A stretch of DNA of 35,040 bases from Seison nebaliae. Its lineage: Eukaryota. The stretch spans positions 1 through 35,040 of the forward strand of contig JALJEE010000710.1 of assembly GCA_023231475.1 (NCBI GenBank). The letters are read 5' to 3'. How positions within the stretch are numbered: position 1 is the first letter of the stretch; each line of letters begins with the position of its first letter. The translations under genes and the position numbers were made by a program. The notes under the pieces were generated by a model that worked only from the letters and a program-made list of their open reading frames with translations, was not told the DNA's origin and did not search any database. This document shows, piece by piece, positions 11,981 to 24,580 of the stretch.

Positions 11981-14117
11981 AAAATTTCATAAATAAATTT
12001 CATGGAAATATTGTGAATTTTATTAAACACCCATTTATCAATTGAATTGATATTGAAAATAAATTATTTTGTTTTTATTGAAATTTCTATTTATTCTATC
12101 ATCTGAATTAAATGTTAACTAATGTGTTTATTCTATCACATTCAAATTTCTAAACATGATTCTGTCATAAATTATGTTACTGATTTCGAATAGGCGGAAT
12201 GTTTAATTGAAAGTTTCAAGAACCTTATGAAATGATAAATAAAATTATTATATCAAATTTATTATTAACTCCAATAACAATAGTTGAGAACTGTCTAAAT
12301 TAAGTTGACTTCGAAATAAATAGAACTGTGGAACTATAGAAAAAACTTCCGAATTAGATTATTAAACATTTAATAAGAATAACAAGCATAAATTATTTAA
12401 ATTCATTTGATTAAATCATTTTGATGTTCGAAATTCATCTTCACGTCTTTGAGTTAGTGCGAGCCGATTGAGCATTCAATTAAACTAACAAAGGTTATTT
12501 TGTCATAATCAAAAAATAGTCTATGGAAAATAATCAGTGTTGTAATAAGGTACCTGTCAGGAATTAAGAATTTAAGGTAATACGAAGGAATTTAGGTCTT
12601 AAGTATATAACTCTTATGTATTAGTTAAAGTATTTTAGACAACGAGACTTCGAATTTCTTCCCAAATTTGATTATATGAACATTATTCGTACGTCCCAAT
12701 ATAACCCCTTGTTACTATATCTCATACCATAAGGTCGTTAGATCCTTGGGTATATGGTCCTTTCGTCAGCATCACTCTTTAGCCTAATGGTTATTTCATC
12801 ATGCCCCAAATCTCACACTTTTACTTACGTTGTTAGGGGTCGAAATTTGAAACAATAGAACAAATTTTTTAGAATTAAAAATAAACGAAATTTGTAGATG
12901 GAAAATTATGGAATTATGTGAGGAAGAATTGTCTGAAATTGCAAAAGAAAATCATGAAAAAATAAAAAGATATTAAATCTAATCATAACATATGCATTAA
13001 TTCATCCTTCAAAAGGGTATGATATATTTTTATTTATCTCGTTAAAATAATAATAATAGTAATAATAATTGGAGAAGTCATTAAAATTGGAAGAAGATGT
13101 TTATTGTTTTCAATTCAATTGTAACTCACGTCGGTTCTATATAATATAACATTTCGCAATAGTTCATCATTATTTCATTGTGTCATTTTAATAAAAGAAA
13201 GAAAATTCATTGTACTGGCAATTTCGTCAAAGTCAAAAATGAATGGTCCGAACAAGACAAAAGTTTTATTCTACAAATTCCCACAAGTTGTAATATAATA
13301 TTTATTCAAGATTTTTTAACATGTGAATGCAAGAAACTTTTGTGTTATTATTATTCTCCCATCAGTTTATACAGATTCTATTCGACCAAACCTCATTATT
13401 TATTTCTCATTTTTTGTTTACGTTCTCAACGAACGTTATCTTATCATTAACGAATGAAGATAACATTTATTCAATGCATTAATGCATTATATTCTTTAAT
13501 TAATTCCTTTAGATGAATGAACATTTAGATAAAGTTATATTTAAATAATCTTTCACATTTTTCTTATGAAGTAATTGGAATATCTCAAGTAAAATACCGT
13601 TAATTCGAAGAATACAGAAACGGTTTACACGAAGATCAGTTGAAGTGATAACGGTCGATATCGTTAACATTGTAAGATGTGAGATTCTTGTGAAATTAAT
13701 GACAATATTTTTCTATCATTGGATTGATCAAATGAGGAAAAATAAATTTCCTAAATGTCAAATTTAGTGAAAAAAATACATATATTTATCGAATATATTA
13801 TCAATATGAGAAATAAGTAAAATTCTTTTAATTTATTAACAATTAAAAATAATGTTAATAAAAATAAATATTTCGTAAATATTTTACATGATTATCATCC
13901 GGAAACGAATAGCAAATCATCTGATCAAAATTATTTGCCTTCTCATACTCCTTAAGAATTGGATGATCGTTCCATATGAATTAAATTCCACATTTTCTTT
14001 CTATTTCCTTTCCCGTTAATCATCTTCCTTCTAATGTTTACATAACATATACTCATTTAAGATGAACATACTAATTTAGATTTTTAGAGAATTATCCTTA
14101 AGAAACCTTAACAACAA

Positions 14118-17100
14118 ATGGGGGAAAGAAAGAAAGAATTGAAGAAGAAAAGAAACAAATCTTCGCGCCCATATGTCGTAGAGGAAATCGAATCACGCAG
14201 TTCCGATGGAAGAGGTGACGTCAGTAGTAAAAAGCGTCATCGATCGAAAAAGAAAAATACAGCTGGCAAACACAAAAAGCAACATGAAGAAATCGAGTTG
14301 CACAAGAAAAGTTTAGAAGTTTTTTTCCCTATTTCATATAATTTTTTCAATAAACAATTCTGTTTTTATTCTACGACATTCGATTCGAATCGTTTCCTTA
14401 AAAACACTATTTTCTTTCAATATGATTGATTCTTATCATCCTTGATAACCTCGTTGGAAGGAGAAGAGAAAAATATTCTGCCAAAAAATTTTTATCTTTT
14501 CATTTCAGAAAATTTCGAATAGTAATGAACGGTGCGATCTGAGGTGGAGAAGAAAGTTTTAAGTGGTAAGTCTGACATTGCATTAATGTGTCGATGTATT
14601 TAACTTTATCAATTGGAATAGGTATGAACTATCAATTGACCAGATGTTCAATTCAATAATTTTTATTGTCAATAATTCTTCGAAGTAATAAAATTATTTT
14701 CCATAGGAATAAATTTCTCGCGAAAATTTCATAGAAGATTTCTCTTGCGGCTCTGAATGTTTAGAATGTCGAAGAGAAATGAAGGTATTGAATGTAAATA
14801 TGTTCCGATGACTAAAAAAAAGATGAATTAGGGAAATGCAAATCATTTTATCTAAACCATTTCATGCGGAGGAAGCAATAATTTTTATAATATAAAAGGA
14901 ATGATAATATAATGTCACGTTTTCATTGAAAGTCATAATGATTAATTAACCTTTTTCAAGAATAATTGGAGAAATATCAAAGTGCAGATGGTGCATTTTG
15001 GAAGTGAGTGTCCCCATCAACTAGTCCGTGTTTGCAGCTCTCATAAATATTTTGATCTGAACAAAATTTCACATTTAAATTCCTTCTCAATGTTTTTTTT
15101 ATTACTCGATGATGGTAATGAAATTCTTCCCAGTACTCTTTTCTATTATTTTCCTCTTCCTGATTCTTTTACAACTTCTGCAAATGTCAAGAAATCTCCA
15201 TTGATATTCTTTTCCTCTCGTCTTAAGATTTCTCAATCTTGAAAACTTTTAATAATTTCCTTCTTTAAAAATGAAAATTAATGTCAAATGACAAATGATA
15301 TTAAAATGTTCCGGTATATCGTAATAAAAGTAATATTATCTTTTAATTCTTTTAATTGAATGTTCAATGAGGAAAAATTAATTTTTTCGAAAAAAAAATT
15401 AGATTGCTCTCCTTCGTTTTCAAAAGATTTTACATCTTCATTGAAAAAATTAGTTAAATCTTTAGAATTTCCATGAATTATCGAATGAATCATTAGTCGA
15501 AAATGAATCAAACACATCCTTCGCCTGATGAGAAAGAAATTGACGATGGTTTAACATCCTAATAGTTTCATTTATTAAATAATAAATTTATTAATTAATA
15601 TCGCTGATTAATACAATTATTATTTCCCATAATATTACGAATTTTAATTTTATATTTTTAGTCAAGAAAAAACCATCGAAAGTCACATATGGTCCGATCA
15701 GCAAACGAAGTTGTACTGATGTCGTCTGTTGTGTCTTGTTATTGGTTTACATGACATTAATGGTAGGAATTGGTCTCATTGCATTTACGCAAGGTAATCC
15801 AAAACAATTACTTTATCCACAAAATACTCGTGGAGAGATTTGTGGAATAGGCAAACAATATGGGAAACCCAATTTACTTTATTTCGATATATCTCAATGT
15901 GTCTCAACCGGATTAGCTGCCGTTGCTGTTGGATGTCTAACACCTCAAGTTTTTTTTTCATTTCTTTTTTTCCATTATAATTTTCAATTGTTCTTTCTAG
16001 ATTTGTGTGGAAAAATGTCCGACGAAAAATCAAATGTTTTTCAAAACGTCAAACAAATCTGATCTTTTTTGTCGCGATGAAGCGATGACATCGGGTAAGT
16101 TCAACAAATTGAGTGTCGCCCAATTATTGAAGGAACGTCATTGTGCTTCTTATACGATCGAAACGGAACCATTATATCGGAGATGTGTTCCAAAACTTAT
16201 TGCCGATCTGTTAAATGACAAATTAGTGGATATTATGAATGAGACGATGGTAAATGAAAAGGAGCAAAGTATAACGAAAGAGATAGTGAAGAATGGACGA
16301 TATATAATGGTGGAAATGGAAAAGATAAAAGTATTTGGTGAAGTGGTGGTAAAAGATTTAGTGTCGACAATTGGACATATGGCAATATTTGTTGTCATCG
16401 GATTATTAATCAGTTTCATTTGGATTGTTCTTATGAGATGGTTAGCGAAACCTTTGGTCTGGATAAGTGCCGTTGGTGTGATTATAATAACTGGAGTGGG
16501 AATTTATTTTTGTGTGAAGGAATATAAATTCTGGCAAAAATCAGACTATGCCACTGATTCCATTAATTTTTCGTTACAATTAGCCGTTTTAGCTGGACAA
16601 TTAAGAAGTAACCCGAAAACTTGGCTGGCTCTTGCCATCATTCTCAGCATTTTCATATTCATCGAAATCTGCATTCTCATCTTCTTAAGTAATCGAATTC
16701 GTATCGCTATTGGATTAATAACTGAAGCGAGTAAAGCTGTTGGACATATTATGTCGACTTTGGCATTTCCATTATTGCCATTCATATTTGAACTGGCTGT
16801 CATCGTTTACTTCTTTGCATCCACTTTATATTTGATGAGCAGTAAGAAAGCGAATTATACTGTAAAAAATACTACAACTATCGATATCGATTTCGGTGGA
16901 TCGAATAATAGTGAACTTTATAATATTGGCTGTCTTAATTTGAGACTTGAAGAGAAATGTAAACCAGATGTGTTTGAAGATAAATGTTCCAATATTACCA
17001 ATTATATGTGTGCTTTTGACAGTTTTGGATTTCATCCTGATAATCCTTTAAAGTTAACTTTCTCCTAAATTAAAGTCAATTAATTAATTGTTTAATTTTT

Positions 17101-18389
17101 AATTTGAACAAATTATTTCAAAATTTCATTTCAATATTAACAATTTTCTCCTTAACACCAAACGATTATTTTCATGTGAAAATGCATTTTATTAACTGCA
17201 ACTAAAAAATAATTTAATAGAAAATTATTTTTGGGGTGAGTATTATCATTCACTTTATATTTCTCTAATTTCCATCAATTAACAATTCATCCCTTTCTAT
17301 TTTTTATCTCACAATTTTTTTGATTGTCAAATCTAATTCAATTTGCACAGTGATCATATCAAGGGCGGAGATGAGGCTTATGAGAAATTTATGGATTTCT
17401 TAGATAGGAATGCCATTATTCTCTATCTTTTGAATCTATTCGGTTTCTTTTGGTTATGGCAATTCGTTGTTGCTTTCGGTCAAATGGTATTAGCTGGTGC
17501 ATTCGCTTCATGGTATTTCTCGATGAAGAAACCACAAGATATTCCAGCACTTCCTGTTCTCACTTCATTCAAACGCACTTTCTTATATCATATGGGTACA
17601 TTAGCGTTTGGTGCCTTAATTTTGGCAATCATAAAATTTATAAGGGTTATACTCAATTGGATCTATTCGAAAGTGAAAGGATCGACAAATCCGCTGGCCA
17701 AGGCAATCTTATGTTGTTGTAAATGTTTCTTTTGGTGTTTGGAAAAATTTATGAAATTCTTAAATCGAAATGTTTATATCATGGTTAGTCATTACTGGAA
17801 ATGTTCTAATAATAAATAAATTTCATTCGAAATACTTAGACAGCAATTCATGGTAAATCATTCTGTACTTCTGCCAAAGATGCATTTTCATTAATCGCCA
17901 GAAACATCGTCCGATGTATCGTTATAGATAAAGTAACAGATTTAATTTTATTTGTTGGGAAATTAATGATAACGGGACTCATCGGTTTTATTTAGTTTTC
18001 ATGATTCCATTATATTCTCCTTATCCTTATATTCTTTAGGTTGCGGCGCTGGATTTTATTTTTATGAAAAAGTTCCGTCAACTTTCTTAATCGCCACATT
18101 GCCACAAATCCGATATCCTTGGGTACCTTTAGTTGTAGTGATTATTATCACATATATGATCACTACCGTTTTCTTCAGTGTCTATGACATGTGTGTTGAT
18201 ACAATCTTCTTATGTTTTCTCCAAGATCTGGATGACAACGATGGTACACCAGAAAAGCCATATTTTATGAGCAAACAATTAATGGATATTTTAGGGAAAA
18301 AGAATAAAAAAGATCCAAAAGCTGATGATGAAACTGAAAATGGTGACATATCGACAATCGACTCGCCCAATGACAAAAAAGATTCGTAA
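14118..18389 (+). CDS. Choline transporter-like protein (SLC44/CTL family), copy A; exons 14118-14310 (uncertain; alternative 14766-14784), 15662-15948, 16001-17052, 17351-17783, 17840-17984, 18040-18389; ~819 aa
   Basis: CTL motifs GPISKRSCTDVVCC, GNPKQLLYP..GEICG, CLTPQ|ICVEKCP, RIAIGLITEASKAV, LAGAFASWYF, YHMGTLAFGALI, CCCKCFFWCLEKFMKFLNRNVYIM|TAIHGKSFCTSAKDAF and FFSVYDMCVDTIFLCFLQD. All junctions are GT-AG and phase-compatible. Confidence 0.9.
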
Positions 18390-18741
18390 GCAAATATTTT
18401 ACCAAAAATATTTCTCACGTCAACTCAATTATTTCACTAATCTTTTATCAATTCTAATTAAACCGGTATTAAGCATATAATTTCTATTTCAATCCATTTA
18501 CATCATTCTTTTGATGTACACATAATCATTTTAAAATTATAGTATTACGTATTAGCGAAATTTTACTTTAAATAAATATAACGAAAGTTATTTATCAATG
18601 TCAAATTTCTCTTACGTTAATAAAATATCTAAATTAACATTTAAATTGGCATTAAGCACTCATCCTCAATTCTATTATTTTGATGTATATTATCATTTGA
18701 CCAATTAGTGATGACTAACAGATTTTACTTTTTTAGATCAG

Positions 18742-18768
18742 TCTAGAGTCTAGAGTCTAGACTCTAGA
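18742..18768. repeat. Four TCTAGA units at 7-bp spacing, containing a perfect 20-bp palindrome (18749-18768)
   Basis: Sequence TCTAGA-G-TCTAGA-G-TCTAGA-C-TCTAGA; TCTAGAGTCTAGACTCTAGA equals its own reverse complement. Confidence 0.85.
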
Positions 18769-19037
18769 TTCTAATCATAAAGGTAGAAGATTATTATTTA
18801 AAATATAATAATTAATGTACATTAACAAATTAAATTTAATTGCATTGTAAGATTAAAAAATGATAATAATTATGGAAAATAAATAAAGAATGATAACGGG
18901 CAGTTTATGCGTGGAAAGTTTCAACTGAAATTTTTAGAGAGAAAAGACATTTTTTTATATTTTAATATTTAAATAATAATTTTCCGTTATTTAATGGATT
19001 GAAATTGGATATCTGACGTTCATTAGGAATTTATAAA

Positions 19038-21713
19038 ATGACGAAAACACATCCCTTCCGAACCAGTGACCTTGGTTAAAAATCTTTTTTTTGTTTTTCT
19101 TTAAATTGTGAAAATGTTTGAGTTCGTCTAAAAATGGAGTAACATTATTAGAACAATGATAATTAATTGGTACTTCTTCTTTTAGGAAGAGTGTTAAGAA
19201 TCAGGAAATTCGGCCTAGAACATCAAAGAGAATGTACTGATTCTATATGTTGCACGGCATTAATGTTGTTCACCACAATAATGATAGCAATTAGTATTAT
19301 TGCGTTTACTGAAGGTAATCCCAAACTATTACTTTACCCCCAAAATTCTCGTGGTGAAATTTGTGGTGTTGGTCAACAATCCGGAAGACCTAATTTGCTT
19401 TTTTTCGACCTTTCACAATGCATCACTGGTGCTTATGCATCTATCGCTTTAGGGTGTCAGACACCTCAAGTTTTATTTTATTCTTTAAAAGTTTTCTAAT
19501 TTAAAATTCAATATATAGATTTGTGTCAAGACTTGTCCTTCTCAAAATCAAATATTCTCCGAATCGTCAAACAAACAACATCTATATTGTCGTGATGAAG
19601 TGATGATATCTGGTTTATTTGACAAGTTGACTACCACTGAATTGATAAATGGAGCACATTGTGCTTCTTATACGTTGGAGACCGAACCATTATTTAAAAG
19701 ATGTATTCCCACCGTCATCTCTCGATCTTTGCATAATGTACTTGTTGACAATTTAAACCGAACAATTGTCAATGAAAAGAATCAGTTAATCACTAAAGGT
19801 ATTGTGAAGACAGGTAGGAAATTTATGATTATGATGGAATCAATGAAGACTTTTGGAGAAGTTTTAGTGACTGATTTATTGTCATCCAAAAATCATATCA
19901 TTATCTTCGTTGTTGCCGCTCTACTTATGAGTTTCATTTGGATACTGTTGATAAGATGGATAGCATGGATCCTAATATGGTTTAGTACCATGGCTGTAAT
20001 GACAATGACGGGTGCATTAATTTATTTCTGTATAACCGAATATTTCTATTGGAAAGACAAGGGGAAAGAAATGCCAAATCATTTCAATTGTTCTTTGTCG
20101 TGCAACGATAAAATTTGGTTCGCAGCGACTGTTATATTAATCATAATACTTGTGGTAGAAATATGTTTCATTTGTTTCTTAAAAAACCGTGTAGATCTTG
20201 GAATTGGTTTAATGGGAGAAGCAAGTAAAGCTGTTATTAACATACTATCCACACTGATATTTCCATTATTCACATTCCTCTTACAATTTATTGTCGTTAT
20301 TTATATTGTTTCAGCGACATTATATTTAATTAGCAGTAAGAAACCTGTCCACAAAATTTCGAATATAACAGCCATTGGAATTAACGGAACAAAAACGGAT
20401 ATTGGATGTCTTAATTATACATTAGGAGGAAGATGCGATCCTGCCAAATACGAAGATTATTGTTCGAATGTAACGAATTTCATGTGCATTTTTGAAAAAC
20501 GAACTTTTTTCAGTAGTTACTTGTTATTATCCTCATTCATTTTTCTTATGCGATATCTACAGCGTTCGTAAATCAATCATTTCGGAGAAGAAAATTTAGA
20601 GATTTTACTTCTTCTGCTCCGAAATTCATTGATCGAGTACAAAATTTTACTTCTTTCTTTATATGATTCATCAATTTGTTTTTTAGGTCTAAAGAAAGAA
20701 GGACTTTCCGATATGAAGTTTATGAAGCGTTAATGAAGTTTTTGGATAACCATGCAACTCTCCTGTACGTTATTAACTTTTTTTCTTTATTCTGGTTATG
20801 GAATTTTATGGTCGGGTATGGACAAATGACATTGGCCGGAACGTTCGCTTCATGGTATTTTGCATTTAAGAAACCGGATGACATTCCAAATAATCCTATT
20901 TTGGAATCTCTCAAACGTGTTTTCTTGTATCATATGGGAACATTGGCAATTGGATCATTGTTTGCGGCAGTGTTTGGTTTGATTAGATTTATATTCGATT
21001 GGATTTTTACCCAAGTGAGAGCACCGAACCCACATGGAGGACAAGTAGTGAAATCTTTATTTAAATGTTGTATTGGATGTTTGGAGAAAATGGTGACATA
21101 TATTAATCAGAAAGCTTATATCATGGTTCGCTTCATTCATGTTCTCGAATAATTGTTATCGAATTATAATAGACTGCAATTCATGGTGAATCATTCTTTG
21201 TGGGATCTAAACGAGCATTCTTATTAATTACAAGAAATATTTTAAGATGTGAAGTTTTAGAAGGAGTAACGAATATGATTATATTGGTAGCTAAATTGTC
21301 AATCACCGGAATTATAGGTAAGACAATTTTACAATTTCCCTCATATTATTCTCTTTTAAAATGTAGGATGTTGTGCCGGTTTCTATTTTTACCAACAACT
21401 TTCGTGGAAATTGTTAAATGATTTAGCACCAGAACTCAGATATCCATGGATACCTGTCTTAGTCATTATCGTCATAACCTATATCATTGCTTCCACCTTT
21501 TTCACGGTCTACGATATATGCATTAGCACATTGTTCCTCTGTTTCTTGGAAGATTTGGAAGAACATGATGGAACTGAAGATAATCCATATTATATGGATA
21601 AACAACTAATGGTTCTCTTAGGGAAGAAAAATGAAATAAATCGATTAAGGAAAGCAAAATTAAGGAAGTCGGCCGTGAAAAAAGTCAAAATACAGGGCAC
21701 GGCAAATTCGTAA
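19038..21713 (+). CDS. Choline transporter-like protein (SLC44/CTL family), copy B; exons 19038-19074, 19186-19469, 19519-20522, 20687-21125, 21173-21317, 21367-21713; ~751 aa
   Basis: Same motifs and exon layout as copy A (RECTDSICC, GNPKLLLYPQNSRGEICG, CQTPQ|ICVKTCP, GEASKAV, LAGTFASWYF, YHMGTLAIGSL, AYIM|TAIHGESF, TLFLCFLEDLE); exon 5 is 145 nt in both copies. The exon 3 donor could alternatively be 20568. Confidence 0.9.
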
Positions 21714-22019
21714 TTTTCTAACTAACATGTAAGGGCATTGTGAAGAATTTATCGAATTGACAAAGATCCAGATCTTATTGAAAAATTCCTTTCGTAATTA
21801 TTTTATTTTTTTTGTGTTGATGATGCCCAATTGAATATATTTAATCTAAAATTTGAGTGCTTTTGGAGTATACATACCTAATATTCAAAATAGAGCCCTA
21901 TTTTACACCCTTGTTAATAACAAACTCACTCCCTACATTCTGGTTCACTTTCACTTGTCCACATTAATCCTTAGAGAGATGTTCAATGAAACCAATACAT
22001 TGTTCAATGTATAGAATAA

Positions 22020-22590
22020 GCAGAAAAGTCCCTCTACCGGTAGGTCGATATGCAAACTGACATTTCCCTGAAAATAAAATATTTTGTATTCTTATTTTAA
22101 TGATTGCTTCGAATCAGTTTAATCATTCCACTAGAAACAGATATTGGATGATACGAGTTCACGTCACAAAGTCATTATTGTCGCTTTCCGGAATTGGAAA
22201 AATAAGAAATTTCTTTAGTGCCGAATAATCTACCTCGTCCTTAGTTATACGATTTATATAAGAAACTAGCAATTCAATGTATGACGAATCCAAACCTCCG
22301 ATGATCTGCAGCCACAGATTATCTAAACCATGACACTTCTTCAACTGAACCTTAGATACAGCTAGTTTCATTTCATCAATATTTATCTCCACAAACGACA
22401 TTCCGATGTCATTTTCTACATTTTTGGGATCTTTTTTTCAAACATCGTCTTCTTATAAAAAATTTGAAATTCTCCAATAGGCATAACAGTACAATTTCTG
22501 GACCCATTTGATGTCCGTTGAATATCTTACCAAAATTTCTTACTATTCATTTGAGGCGTATTCGTATTAAACTTACGACAAGTGTTCTCA
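22020..22590 (-). mobile_element. Decayed non-LTR (LINE-type) retrotransposon ORF2 fragment: pre-RT linker and N-terminal RT motifs
   Basis: Minus-strand translation across stops and frameshifts gives NSKKFW*DI, FQIFY, INIDEMKLAVSKVQLKKCHGLDNL (cf. EE..AI..L...KAPGPDG), LIFPIP, YHPISVSSGMIKL/FEAIIKIRI (cf. YRPISL....K.FE.II..RL) and QFAYRPTGRGT (cf. QFGFR.G..T). Confidence 0.8.
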
Positions 22591-22775
22591 TAAATTAACT
22601 CATAAACCTCTTTTATATTATTATTAACTATTATTATTCTTAAGTAAGCTTGTTTCTTTACGTTGAATTTCAGTTTATGTGACAACTCTTTATTGATGAC
22701 TATGGCCGTAGCACCTGTGTCTACCAAGAAGTTTGTTATTAGCCAACTTACTCATTATTGCCAGGATGAATAATT
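22591..22775 (-). mobile_element. Retropepsin (LTR-retrotransposon-type aspartyl protease) fragment, N-terminal half, disrupted
   Basis: Translation LFILAI/VSWLITNFLVDTGATAIVINKELSHKL contains the LVDTGA active-site motif; stops and a frameshift lie upstream; no C-terminal ILG.D motif seen. Confidence 0.65.
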
Positions 22776-24430
22776 AGTCATTGACTTTTGCAATTTTTAT
22801 TGGTTTCTCCGTAGAGAGGAATAGGTCGTACTCATCTATGGTCAATATCATCTAACGGGAAATTGCTACAAGAATATGAAATACTACTATATAAGAAAGA
22901 AACCGAGAAAGACGATCATCATAGTAGATCAAAATCATCCCGGCAATACGTACTACAACAAAGAACGATCGGTTAAACAAAAACAGCCATAGGAAAGGAA
23001 GCATTACTCTATATCGCTGAACCGAAAGAACAATGGTAACCGCTTCGAGAACCACCAGTCACAAAGCAACAGAAGAAATACCAGATTGCCAAAAAGTTCT
23101 GAATACTATGAAAATACTCATAATACCTACAAATCAAAGTATTCTAAAGTTATCAATGAAGACAAAAACCAATTATATCAAATAATATAATAGAAGTTCA
23201 TCAATATTTGAAAAATATTTCTTTAATTGATAATGAAAATAGTAATATAAAATGAAATGATGACGGAGGTCGGAATTTAATGACAATCTACAATTAAATA
23301 GATGGAGTTTATATCCAAAAGTAAAGTATCTTGTCTTAATTCTTACGGTGCTTTTATAATCTTACTTTTGATTGTTCTGATCTAGTAACTTGATCGATCA
23401 GCTGGTCGTTGGTCCGTTTCGGCCTATTTTCACATTCTTTGTTTGTCTGTTCTGGATTCTTTGTCTTTGATTTATTGTTGATTATGATCATGCATATTTT
23501 ATTAGGTTGATGCGTTGTTTGGTGTCATCTTAGTTTCTTTTATGACTTTAACTGATTACATATCAATAAAGAAGAACTTCAAGAAAACAGGTTTTTTAAG
23601 TAATCTTACAGTGAACTCTTTAGAGATATTTAGAAAAGTTAAATCATGATTCATGAACGGTAAAGAAATATAGCTTTAATAACAGCTCAGGTCCAATTTT
23701 CAACAACTACAGAATGAAATAATTTACACCGTATGAGAATTAATTTGTTTAATTACTTCGAATTAAAAAATCAAACAAATCTAATGATAAATTAATCAAA
23801 TAAACAGAGAGGAAATAGTGGACATTGAATGAATAAATCATAAATAGGCTAGGCATTCCAAGGTTAAAATTTAAGTTACTACTACTTGGGAGAGAAATCT
23901 ATCTGCATAAATTTTTACCTTTCTTTTAACGAGCTTCTTAAATACAATTTGAACTTCATTATAACGAAGATATGTTGAATCATTCATTTGTCAAACCTTC
24001 TTTCATTCATAACCTTACCGTTCCAACAGATGTTGCTGAGTAGAAATAATGAATTTGCAATTAATCATTTTCGTTCATTCTATCAAATGGTCATTTCTAT
24101 TGTAGGAAATTCACAAATTTTGCAAATTATCGACATTTGTTCTTTTACTCATAAAGCTGCCGTAGTAGAAAAAGGGTGCGTATATTTACAATTTATTAGT
24201 GTTAAGAATTTATATTAGAAAATAAAATAAAAATATATTTCAAGAAAAGGAAAAGAATTGAAGGAGTTATTGTATTTGAAGATAAATATGTTTAAAAATT
24301 GTATTATTATATAATAAAGTAATTTTAATTAACTTCAAATATGGATGAGAGAAATGAAATTTTATGTAAATGAAATTATTTGTTTTTCCGAATTGTCATT
24401 CAAAATTTTCCCAATCCCAATAATCGTCCT

Positions 24431-24580
24431 TCATCTTGCGTCATAGACAATTAGACGAGATGTTCGTTTCTTGTACAAGATGTGAGAACTGCATTGTTTG
24501 CAGCGTATCGTTGAATCTTGGAAGAATTGCGTTTCAGCTCCACATTGCGAACAAACGTATTTCGGTGCTTGATTTTCCAT
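24431..24580 (-). CDS. POLR2K: DNA-directed RNA polymerases I, II and III subunit RPABC4 (RPB12), 49 aa, intronless
   Basis: Hand translation MENQAPKYVCSQCGAETQFFQDSTIRCKQCSSHILYKKRTSRLIVYDAR*: CxxC-x13-CxxC zinc ribbon plus the diagnostic ILYKKRT.RL.V.DAR C-terminus. It is below the ORF-track length cutoff. Confidence 0.93.
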   Translation of the reverse strand: MENQAPKYVCSQCGAETQFFQDSTIRCKQCSSHILYKKRTSRLIVYDAR

